Of a DNA stretch of 64,000 bases, positions 22,481-32,832 are shown one piece after another. The position numbers were made by a program, and so were the translations under genes. The notes beneath the pieces are model-generated. The model had not been told where the DNA came from and ran no database searches. It saw nothing but the letters and a program-made list of their open reading frames with translations. Every line of letters starts with the position of its first letter. Position 1 is the first letter of the stretch. The stretch is from Coniocarpon cinnabarinum (taxonomy: Eukaryota), in contig JAVECO010000126.1 of the NCBI GenBank assembly GCA_051942205.1, forward strand, positions 1-64,000, given 5' to 3'.

Positions 22481-24887
22481 AAGATGAAGCAGCAGCCTTT
22501 GAATAAGATCCTCGGTGTGACATGACTGTTACCTGAAAACACATGGGGAAGCGCTGCTTTTACTGCATAGCATGGCGTCTACGGGTGTGGTGTGCAGCAT
22601 GTACTATAAACAATTTACCATCGATCCGAAAAGCGAAACGGCCCCCTTGACAATTTCAATCTCCGACAATGTCCCATTAATGATCTTTACCTCTCGCAGG
22701 AGTGCGTCTACTGTGACGTAGCCAGTCCTGCTGCGGCCTCAAGCTAGCATCAAGCCAGCGTCGATATTCAAAGCGTGAATAGGCATGTCATGCGTGATGC
22801 TATCCTCAGCCCCGATCGCGCACATCCCTGTCGGGGGTCTGCTTTCGCAGAAATCTGCAGAGATGCCGCCCCTTTTTGGATTCCAAAATAGCGTCAACTC
22901 CCGTCAGTGTTTTCAGTAAGTCAATGATGCGCTCATTACTTTTATGCAATAAACAGCTGGTAATGATCGAACCTTTTGCAGGAAGTGTTGACGAACTGCT
23001 CATGGTTGGAAGTAGCCTATGCGTAGCAAAGAAAGCGTGCAGTATGTAGTGTGCAGACAAGTTGTTGTGGCTGATATCGCTGCCAACGCTGCCGCATCTC
23101 ATGGTTTTAGGTATAACGCGAATCGTACAGACGAGATGAACTATGTAGCACAATCAGCTGCAAATCGCTCAAGCATCCTTTCATTTCCTTGCATCTCCTT
23201 CTTTTGCGGCATCTCCTTCTCTTGCGCCTTTTTCTATCAGATCTCCGCTCGCTTCCCAGCAATCTCGCTCTCCCCAGTTTTCAACAATGGTGAGACTGCC
23301 GCCAAACCAATATCAGAAATCCGAGTAGCATTAAACATGAGACACGAATGATCATGAGAATTCTGACAGTTGACCATTACGAATGGTAATCACCTATGAT
23401 TTTGCAAAGTCAAGGAGGGAATCAAAGTCGCGTCCGTACTTCAACGACGGCGAAAAATCGAATTGGCTGCCAGGATTTGAACCATGGCTTCGAGACGTGC
23501 GTGAACAACGAATCGAAGGCTTTGCTTGAATCGCTCTGCTCAGATTTCCCATCTTATCGAAGCAATGTAGTTCTAGACTAGGTACTTTCGGCAATATGTC
23601 GAACACAAATCAAATTTAGAGTGAGGAGGTGAGGTTTGATGTCACTGCGCAGCAAAGGTTGTGATTATTTTTGCAGGAGCTGGCTTTTGACATAGAGTAA
23701 AAAGTCAACGACTCGCTCTCTTCTCCATGAAATGTCCTCCATGTAAATTCTCTCCTTGCGAATTCTCCCATGTAAATATCAGTGCCGCCACGAGAAATGT
23801 TCAGACACCGCGGCAGCTTCTCTGAACTTCGGTCCTGTCTCTTCCAGGATTGATAAGGAGTAAAACCAAAGTGATGGCACAAATTGACGGCACGAGCTCG
23901 GCGAACGCTGCTTTGACGATGAAGGAAGTGATTATTTGAAATGATAAGAACGGAATCTCTTCAATGTGAGACGACTGCTTCCGAGTTCAAGTACATTGAT
24001 CTGATGTCTGAGAATGCATACAAAAGAGAATTCAATGATGAAGTGAAAACTCACTGTCTCACTCAATTCAATGCCTGCATCTGCTTCAAATCGAATTCAG
24101 AAAACGCAGACGCACAGCTCGTCTTTTTCGTTGTGGATGTAATTTCCAAAAGCGAGAAGCAAACTGTTTGCTGCTTCGATGCCGGCGTTCGAGTGAAGTC
24201 TCATATCGATGGCGACAAGAAAACGGTATCAAACAAGCCAGAAGTGAAAAAGGAAGAAAGGAAACATATAGAGGAAAGAGCATTTGAAAGGCGTTGAGTG
24301 CGGTCAATCCGATGGTGGGAGTCAGATTGATGTGTGAAATTGAAGCATCAACATACTTCATGTATTTTCCTGCGCCGAATTCGTGTCCTCGCCATTCATC
24401 TCTTTCGCCCACAAGAGCAGCAAAAGCCATGCAAACTCTTCACATGTAGGTGTCAGCAATGCACTGAACTTGATTTCGCTAGGTCACCACTCGAAAGTCT
24501 GCTAAGCCACTGTTTACTCCATTCGCGACTTCTCTTCTCCAAAATGATTTCCACTATCTTTCCTCCACAAGATTTAATTTCAGACGTAGTCAATCGCAAG
24601 TGAAGCTGTATTCGGAATACTCACTGAGTCTCAATTCAGCTGTGGTCGCTTGTATATTTTTTTGTATTATGTGTTGAGCATGGATTGCGCTATCTTTGTA
24701 TGTGGCGGCAGTGGTCTTCTCAAGTTGATCATTTTATGTGCTATTCGACATCATCGCATTTTACACTGCATTTCAGCCGCTGGCAATTTGGCACGCTGAT
24801 GAATAGAGTGAAGGCTTTGAAGTGTGACGTAAGCGCTGTTGGATGCACTTTTGGTGATATACTTTGACGCGCTTTTGGAGACGGGGT

Positions 24888-24937
24888 TTGAGTGATGGGT
24901 ATTGAGTGATGGGTATTGAGTGATGCGACTTGAGTGA
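24888..24937. repeat. 14-bp tandem repeat (~3.5 copies, ttgagtgatgggta)
   Basis: Read directly from the sequence. Confidence 0.85.
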
Positions 24938-25267
24938 AGCACTTTTGGTACTGGTAGATGCGCATTCGGCATGAGTGATTGCATCTTACACTGTTATCGA
25001 TTTGCGTTGTACGAGCCTCCAAAAATATCTTCTCTCGATCATATTCCCCTTACTGTACAAGGTGCAGTATCAGTGACTTCCTACCAATCGGAAACGCAAA
25101 ATGCCAGATACTCAGAACGAGCGCAGGAAATCGACTGATCAGCTTCAGATAAACGTCAAATCAGCGTCAAATCAGCGCGGAGCACTTGTAGCCACACTAG
25201 ACAGATGGTCGTGTCCAAGGACGCAACAATCTCTCGGATGCAAGTCGATTGGAATATGTCTCAGCTA

Positions 25268-25700
25268 TCATCTGCCTCTCGATCCCGAGGACATTTGCAT
25301 TGCCTCCTCTGTCATTGCATCAGTATAATAGATCATACTTAGTAGAAGTCGGGAGGTCAGCCGATGAGGCTGCGTCACAGCTAGCGTCTGTTTTCCGATC
25401 CTGGCCACATGCTCAAGCATCTCCGCCGCCTCCTCGGTCGGACCATTAGAGTAGTGGACTCCACTCAGCACTCCCCGAGGGACAAGCCGAGTAAGATCCG
25501 TCGCAGCTGGGGTCTGCTTTCTAACCTTAACGACATGCTCGGCTAGCTGTACCATCTGCTGACTCTGCTCGTCAGAGAGATAACTCTAGCGAACGTGTAT
25601 CGAGAGGGAAGCTGATTAAAGTGTGCTTAAGCTGGCGTCTAACCTCAGCATTAACGACAGTGCTCTTAGTAGAGCAGTCATGCCTCTGCCGACGCCACAA
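25268..25700 (-). pseudogene. Degenerate 42-aa TPR repeats of the fungal NLR type
   Basis: MVQLAEHVVKVRKQTPAATDLTRLVPRGVLSGVHYSNGPTEEAAEMLEHVARIGKQTLAVTQPHRLTSRLLLSMIYY fits the LEHVVxxxxxTLAxxHPxRLxSxxxLAxAY repeat. A further copy upstream is broken by stops and a frameshift (TPA*AHFNQLPSRYTFARV). Confidence 0.8.
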
Positions 25701-25707
25701 CCTCTAT

Positions 25708-26131
25708 TCCATACCCATAGAAAAAAATAACTAAACTAAAGCCGCTAGCGAAAGCGTTTACTAGTTGTTAATAGTTATAGGTGGTAGAATTTGCGTGAAA
25801 AAAATAATTAATCGGAGTAAAACTAAGATGTTACCACTATTATCGCCGCTTCTGCTGCCGCTATTGCTCAAAGTGTAAGTACTGCAGCAGCCGTGCCAGC
25901 GACAACGAGGTCTGAGAATTCGACTCGCAGCATTCGTCTAAACCCTTCTTTGGTATTATTTCTGATATTATTTCTAATGTTATCCCTGGGCAACCTTAGC
26001 TTCTCCGCTGATTTTCTTAGTACATAGTAATAAACTATATCCACTATTACTAGCAAGACCTCTATTAGCATCAATCAATAGCGGAGATTCTATACTGTGG
26101 CTGCTTAAAGAGGTTGGTTAATTCTTTTCAA
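25708..26131. other. Short AT-enriched, TpA-rich (RIP-like) island between the PNP ORF and the TPR relic
   Basis: Stretches such as aaaaaaataactaaactaaa and tagtaataaactatatccactattactag; 12-bp degenerate repeats tattatttctga/tattatttctaa. Confidence 0.55.
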
Positions 26132-27346
26132 TTATGACGTACTGCTCCATTGGGAATACTGTTTATCGACGTCGCCAACATTGGAGGTTTGCCAACCAAG
26201 AAGGTGTTGAATGTCGTCTCGCACGGTGTACGGCTTTCGTCGCTCCTCTTCCGCTAATTCGGGACCTCCTCCAACCCTCGGATCGCCTTTTCCACGCCAT
26301 TCTTGAAGGAACGCTTTCGCACAAGCCGCAGCGTTTCCAGCACAGTGCTTCTGCCATATCTCATTTCGATGGCCATCGGCGTAATACCATCCACTTTTGA
26401 TGATGATGGTTGGAAAGTGCTCCCAAGCACCACTACCCTCCATGTCAAATCCGATCACCTCTTCTTTCTCACGTAGTCTCTCCCGGTGAGAGGCAGACTG
26501 AAGAAATGTATCTCCGGATGCGAAACGTCCGAACCACACAGAAGCATGAAATTCACCGTCACTTGGCTCAGAAAGTCTTTTCCGGGGAATGAGCCGCCTT
26601 GTCTCACAACCAAGGTCTGCACAGGAAGTTGCCGTAGCTTTTGCGCAGGCATGGTCCGGCGCATCTTCGATTTCCTTGCACTCATCACATATCTCCATGG
26701 CTCGATGCATGTGGGTATATTCGGCCGCGTAGAGGCAATCAGATTCGGTTCCAGGGTAGGCGTAGGCGTTGATCTGTGACTGAAGCTCCTCGGAGTAACG
26801 TCTCATTCGTTGCAAAAGTTGCTTGTAATGAAGCTCGAGCTCAAACCTCCTTAAAATTCCTCGTACCTCTCCTGGAGGTCTTGCAAGATTGTCTTCGAGT
26901 GTGTCTTTCCTCTCGAAGGTATCTTCGTACTGACGCCCAAGATCTGTTTGTATAACGCAGCTGCTGACGATTATATCGCCGAGGATGATCTCAGACCCAT
27001 CTTGTGTGTACGGTGTGACCGCGCAAACGCCGATCACCAGACAGAGTTGTATATTTTTAAAGTGCGGATGCATTGAAACAACCGCGCTGCACGCTTCTTT
27101 CTTGCCCACTCCTGGGAGCACCACGACAACGACATTGTGCAGTCCTATCCGACCGAATGTGTATTCGTTTTTATCTTCGCTAAGGCTAGGTCTCAGCTTA
27201 TGCGTGCTGTCGTTCCAGTGATCATCAAAAAGCGCGATGACAGCGTCAGCCTCGTGAGTCAGGGCGCAGATAATCGCAACCTCGAACTCATTGCGGGAGC
27301 GTGGAGGATTTGATAAGACAGGTGGCATTTCTCGACGCTTTCCCAT
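26132..27346 (-). CDS. PNP_UDP_1 (nucleoside phosphorylase-like) domain protein, fungal NLR effector type
   Basis: 404-aa intronless ORF: FEVAIICALTHEADAV, YTFGRIGLHNVVVVVLPGVGK, EIILGDIIVS, FGRFASGD, IGFDMEGSGAW, YADGHRNEIWQ...AAACAKAFL. Confidence 0.9.
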   Translation of the reverse strand: MGKRREMPPVLSNPPRSRNEFEVAIICALTHEADAVIALFDDHWNDSTHKLRPSLSEDKNEYTFGRIGLHNVVVVVLPGVGKKEACSAVVSMHPHFKNIQLCLVIGVCAVTPYTQDGSEIILGDIIVSSCVIQTDLGRQYEDTFERKDTLEDNLARPPGEVRGILRRFELELHYKQLLQRMRRYSEELQSQINAYAYPGTESDCLYAAEYTHMHRAMEICDECKEIEDAPDHACAKATATSCADLGCETRRLIPRKRLSEPSDGEFHASVWFGRFASGDTFLQSASHRERLREKEEVIGFDMEGSGAWEHFPTIIIKSGWYYADGHRNEIWQKHCAGNAAACAKAFLQEWRGKGDPRVGGGPELAEEERRKPYTVRDDIQHLLGWQTSNVGDVDKQYSQWSSTS

Positions 27347-28378
27347 GTACTGTACGTCGTTTCTGGGAGAGCTCTCTCGCCATCTGGACTCTCAGCACGT
27401 CACGGCCATCGTGAACGGTGCCCAACGTACGGACTCCGCTCACCAGGTCACAAGGGAACGTCAAATCGATCTCAACCAGATCTCAACGATAGTCTACAAA
27501 ACAAGATATCAAAGCGAACGATATCCGAAAGAAAGACGAGAGAAAAAGAAGCAAGAAAGAGAGACGAGAGGAAAAGAGGAAAGAGATACGAGAGCCGGCC
27601 CTAGGCAAAGCCATTACCTAGGTAGGGTCTCATCCAATGTCGCATAAGCAGGTAGGTACGTAGCGAAGTACGTAGCGAAGTAGCGAAGTAGACAACCGCA
27701 AGGCTGAGATGCCCGCGAACTGCCCGAGGACATGCCAGATTGAATCCATGAGAGCCAGCAGAGCTATCGGCTCAGGACTCGGTGGTTAGTCCAACGTCGC
27801 AAAAGTCGTGTTGTGTATCTTTGAAAAGAAAACAGGCAGTAAAGGCAAATTGGACGGGCAGCTCAAAACCTGGTCATAGATGGGCAGGGTAGCCAAGACC
27901 CAAGCGAAGACTTCTAATTTCGCGCAATGTCACGTGTTTACCTCAACGACAGCAAAAGGGATCCTATACAGAGCCTTGGATCCTAGCGATATGACTGCTA
28001 AGTGGTCTGCAAATAGCAGTAACATATGCGCAGTCGCATTGCCGCCTCCAGCTAACCTTCTTCTGGTGATTACACAGGTACGAAACACAGCTCTCAAAGG
28101 CCTTGTGGCGTTCGATTTCCCACCGAAGCCCCTGGGACGCCGTCAAATGGCACAGAAGTATGCAAAGGAGCCGTGAGATTGAGCTGATAGCTATGAAAAA
28201 AAGAAGCCATTCGCAACATGAGCGCCATTCGCCTCAGCCGTTACCTCAGCCGTTAGAAATCCACACCCTCATCCACGATTTCCTCCGCTTCTCTCGCCGT
28301 TCTCCCGTCTTGCATAAACGCATCCACACTGCTTGCAAGACTTCCACGACGCGGATTACGAGTCCGCCACTGCTCGCA

Positions 28379-31300
28379 CTAAAACGCCCCTGGCATCCTG
28401 CGCATGACCTTGGCCTCTTCATCAGCCCGATCCCCAAGGATGCACCTCGCCGCCTCACGTGCACGCTCGTCAAAGCTCGCTCCAAATCCTTCGTGTCTCG
28501 CCTGCTGATCTTCCTGCAGCATATCAAGCGCTTCGCCCATGTCACCGTTGGCGCCCTCGGCTACGAAGCGAGCTTGAGATTCGGCATAACCCATAGAGAC
28601 GAGATGCTCGACTGTCTGTTGAATTGCGCTGTTGCGGGCTTTGACGGCGGGCGGGGGCGAAGAAATGCGGGTTGGAAGGGAATTGCGCATGGATGTTGAA
28701 GATGTAGGACTTGGCCTGTGAGGAGGATCCATGAATTGCAGATGTGGGTTGGCGGGACGTGGTGGGTAAGTAAGAGTGTCGATGCCCAGTGGAGGATAGG
28801 GAAACGCAGACTGAACTGCGCCCGTATGTTTGTTGCTGGACACCGCAGCAGGCTTGGAAGGCGTCATGGCCGGATATTTGAGAGCCGTCGACTTATCCTT
28901 CGTCATGGATTCATTGAGAAACGCCCAGGGATCGATTGTTTGGGTCCGCTTGTAATGCTCATCTTCGAGGTTCTGTGCTGCATTTCCCAGCGAGGCTTGT
29001 GTGCCTGGAAAGGGATCGATACTGACGTCAGGACGGCGCGGCGCGAATGCCGGCCCAGGTTTCTTCTCTGACGGCTTGGCATCAGATCGAGAGCGAGCAA
29101 GATGTGATGGGAGCCGTGACGAGGCGAGATCGTCGAGCCTCTTGGCGGATGGCGCCTGAGTGTTGAGCGAGTGAGGAAGTCGAGCGCTGGCAACGCGCCG
29201 AAGAGCGGGTGTCTCATGCTGCGCTTGAGTTGCAGTGCTTGATGCAGTCGAGCGTAATACATTGAGCCCGGAAGGACCAAAACCTAGTTTAGGCAATGTC
29301 TCCTTTTCTTCTGAGATATCATCGCTCGACGCAAAGCGAAGAGGAGAGCTATGCAGCGGTGGCCGTCGTGAAGCGTACGGGGCCATTCTCTTTTCATGGA
29401 AGTTCAAAGACTTGGCTCGGCGAATAGACGACTGGTGCGCAAGCTCTCTCCAAATGTCGCCACTAGACATTGGTTTCTTCTCAGACGGAGCTTCGTCAAC
29501 CTGATCAGGCGACGACTCAGAAGCAAAGACAGATTTCGGTGGAGGCGGTGAGCTGTATCTGGCGGGCTTCTTGCCCTCTTTCTTAGCGGAGGTCGAAGCT
29601 TCTGGGGCACCATATAAGCTCTCTTCTTCATCTTGTTTCAAGTGCCACGCCGCTTGTGCAAATTCCTTCTCTACCCAAGGATCGTGCGCGGCAGCGAAAC
29701 GCACAGATTTGTCTTTGGTCGATGGACCAGGAAAGGTTGACTCACACCGTGCTGGAGAGAAATCGCTAGCCTGTGGAAAATCGAGCGGGTATGGCGCACT
29801 GCTGAAATTTGGTACGCTCTTTCGCCTGTCGTCCTTACCTTGGTGATGCGCGGCCTCAAAATTGGCGATCGCAGGGTATTTCTCTTGCGCAACGGCCATA
29901 GGTGAGGTGGCTCGGTGAAGAGGCGTTGGAGTGGATGATGGGTGCCACGACTTGCGATGGCGAAGTGTCGACTGAGAGCCTGCGACAGATGGGCCGCCAG
30001 TGGAAGGCGTGTCAAGGGAACTTGAACGTGCTTCGACATTTGCAGGCTCGGCCGGTTCAGCCGCAGCAGTCTTGACTTTGGTCATGTGCTGCTTCTGGAG
30101 GGCAGCGGCACTCATGTGAGATTCGCGGTGCTTCACAATTTCCCACGCTTCTTCCCACTTGCGAGAGGCCACAGTGCGGTCTCCTGCAGTACGTAAGTGA
30201 ATGGCATGCAGCTCGTCCTTTGACGGCTCCAGTGGGTCCTTCCGCAGGACTGACTTGCCCTGCAATGCTCGCTCGTATAGATCGACGAGACCTCTGCAGT
30301 CGCCCAGGTTTTCTGCGTCATACCAGACGTCATGCTCTGAGCCGTGCCCGACCCAATGGATTAGGTATTGCAACTTAGTAGGTCCACACATGTGATTATA
30401 CGACAGATACCGTTTGGCAAGGATCTTATCTGCTTCGAACGCCGTCTTCTCCTCTCGTTCGTGATCTTGCTTTGGAGGCATAGTCTGGGTCGCTTGATGG
30501 GACTTGGGAAATGTCCCACGCTCCAGGACACCAGACTTGCGACACTCTGGACGGTGTTGTTCCAAGGCAGGGAGATCATTGTCTTGGCACTGAATCTTCT
30601 GTGCAAGTTCTTTGATATGGCGGCGAACGGGACAGGACTGGTTGCCCCTGTGGCATTTCGTGGTACATGCCATTCCATGCTCATCACTCGCAGTCAGCTT
30701 CATCCACGCAAGCTTTCCACTCTCTGACCCCACTGGAAAATTGATTACTGCATTTTGAGCCTGCATCACGTTGCGAGACTGTTGTCGAGATGTTTCCACT
30801 ACTTTCTTGAATTTCGAAAATGCCTCTTCACTGGCCCTTTTGGCGATTTCGTGACCATCTTGCACTTCGTGGCCAGCTCCGCCCAGACGGCGAGCTCTTT
30901 CTGGATCTCTCTCGGACGTTTGCGCTGACAGAATGCGACTCAACGTTTGTCCACCCTGCTTAGATAGATTTACATTTGGCTGATCTGCTATGTGAGATCT
31001 AGCCTTCTCCGAAGATCCAATAGATCCGTCGTCATTCATCCCTGATGAGCCGTCAGTGGCAAGAAATGAGGGAGGTTTGCTGATCTTGGCCAGCTCCGCA
31101 TGAAACATTTGGAGGAGCGACTGCTGACCCGAGTCTTTGGCGTCCAGCTCAGCTCGAGGCACAGGTGACCCGGTCGCGAGCTCGGCAGTCGGATATTTGA
31201 ATGAGCCGCTCATGTTACAGTATGAAGCCCACCTATCTGCGTGCTGAGGTGGGAGCGGTGTCTGTTCTTTTGTGGGTAGCAACGGCAGCCGAGATATAGC

Positions 31301-32161
31301 CGCCCCTGCTTGCTGCGCTAGTTTGGTGCCTTGTGGCGTGAGTGTTCCTTTGCCATTGAATACTTCTTTGTCTGTCGGTTGCTGTCCCAGTGCGACAGCT
31401 TCAGGCAGCGCTGGCAGTGGTGGAAGGTTTATCATCGGAGGCCGTTTCCGCTCATTTTGATTTTCTGCCCTGTTGAGCTCAGCGTCACGTTTATGAGCCA
31501 GGAAAGGTGGTTGACTTCTTCGGAAGTATTGTCGACGCGGGTCAGTGTCTTGCGATGAAGCTTTCGCGGGAGCTTTACCCGGCACACTGGACTCTTCAGG
31601 CTTGACCTCGATGTTTGCAGACTTCATTTGAGCTGCCAGGCGACCGATCCTGTCAGAGAGGTCTCGCTTCAATCGAACAGCCTCTTGTTCAAGTTTCGCA
31701 GGAGAGTCTTGGGCGAGGCCCGCGTCTTGATGTTCCTGAAAAGCTCTCTGGTTCCAGACGCGGTGAGCTTCAGATGACAAGTCGATATCGAACTGGTGAG
31801 GGACGATGGCTGTGTCTTTCGGCCTCGGCTCATGAAGGCGGTCTTCGAGCTCAATGCCACTGCCGACCTAGGACAAATCGAGATCAGTATTGAGATAAAG
31901 CGAGCGACTTTAAGATTCGATGAAGATGAAACTCACAGTGATTTTGTCGCCATCATCCAGATCAGTGTAGCTCAAGGCCGCAGCAGGGGCATCTTTGATC
32001 AACTTGTCATAACTCGCCTTTCTCATCTTAAACGCATGCGCCCCCGAGCTCGCAACTGGAGAGCTGTCATGAGGGTTGTCGGTGTCTTCATCTCGACGGG
32101 AGGGCTGCAGACTGGGAATTTGAAACTGCGGCAGCTGTTTCCCGGACGAACGAGCGTCCAT
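28379..32161 (-). CDS. ~1240-aa protein with PB1-like N-terminus, central chromodomain and C-terminal UBA-like domain
   Basis: Exon 1 32161-31937, intron 31868-31936 (GTGAGT...CTGAT...TAG), exon 2 in frame with the 1133-aa ORF. The junction reads LSYTDLDDGDKIT|VGSGIELEDRL (PB1 acidic OPCA-like motif). Chromo at ~30272-30439: FEADKILAKR...LQYLIHWVGHGSEHDVWYDAENLGDCRGLVDLYE. UBA-like: TVEHLVSMGYAESQARFVAEGANGDMGEALDML. Confidence 0.82.
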
Positions 32162-32832
32162 GCCGGCTGCGTGGACGTGATGCAAATCAGCTTCAGATGT
32201 AATCAGTGAGTGATGCAGGCACCACACATTTCAACATGTGAAAAGGTTGTTGTTGGAAGGGTTGAGAAAACAGCAAGAGGAGGAAGTCGGGTCTTACAGG
32301 CAGCCGTGAAGAGCGGAGGTTAGGTGTACGTACCCTTACCCCGCCGACCATCCGCGGGGTCTTCCGGCACCAAGTTGGAGAGTCACGTGCTGCAAGTTTC
32401 AATTACTTCCGCATAGGTAGTCTACTAGGGAAAGCAACGTGGACGAAATCCAACCATTGAGAGTGCTTGCAGCATCTGTCAATGTCTACATCGACCTCAT
32501 GTCTACGATACTTACTCATCACGAAGCTGAGAAGGATACTGGCGTTTTTGGAATAGCTGCCTCATTCGTGCTACGGGGTATGAGGCTATGTCATCTGGAT
32601 CATGAAAGACTGACATGTACTCTATGTACTCCAGACTCTGCAGAGCTGATGCAAAAGAAGGACCATCAGTCTGTGTCTACAGTGTTCAGTGCCATGCTCC
32701 TCCTCGGCCTCGCTGCTTCATTCTCGCTTTCCCGCACTTGCACTCCATCCCTCCATGACTCTCGCTGCGAAATACCCCATGACCTTGCCCCATCGAACGC
32801 CATGGCGACAAGAGAAAGCTCTGCACCATCTC

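Noticed and set aside
27654..27691. Short gtacgtagcgaa/gtagcgaa tandem repeats; also the 21-bp and 14-bp arrays considered as CRISPR-like
   Set aside because: Simple slippage repeats without unique spacers, in a eukaryotic genome.
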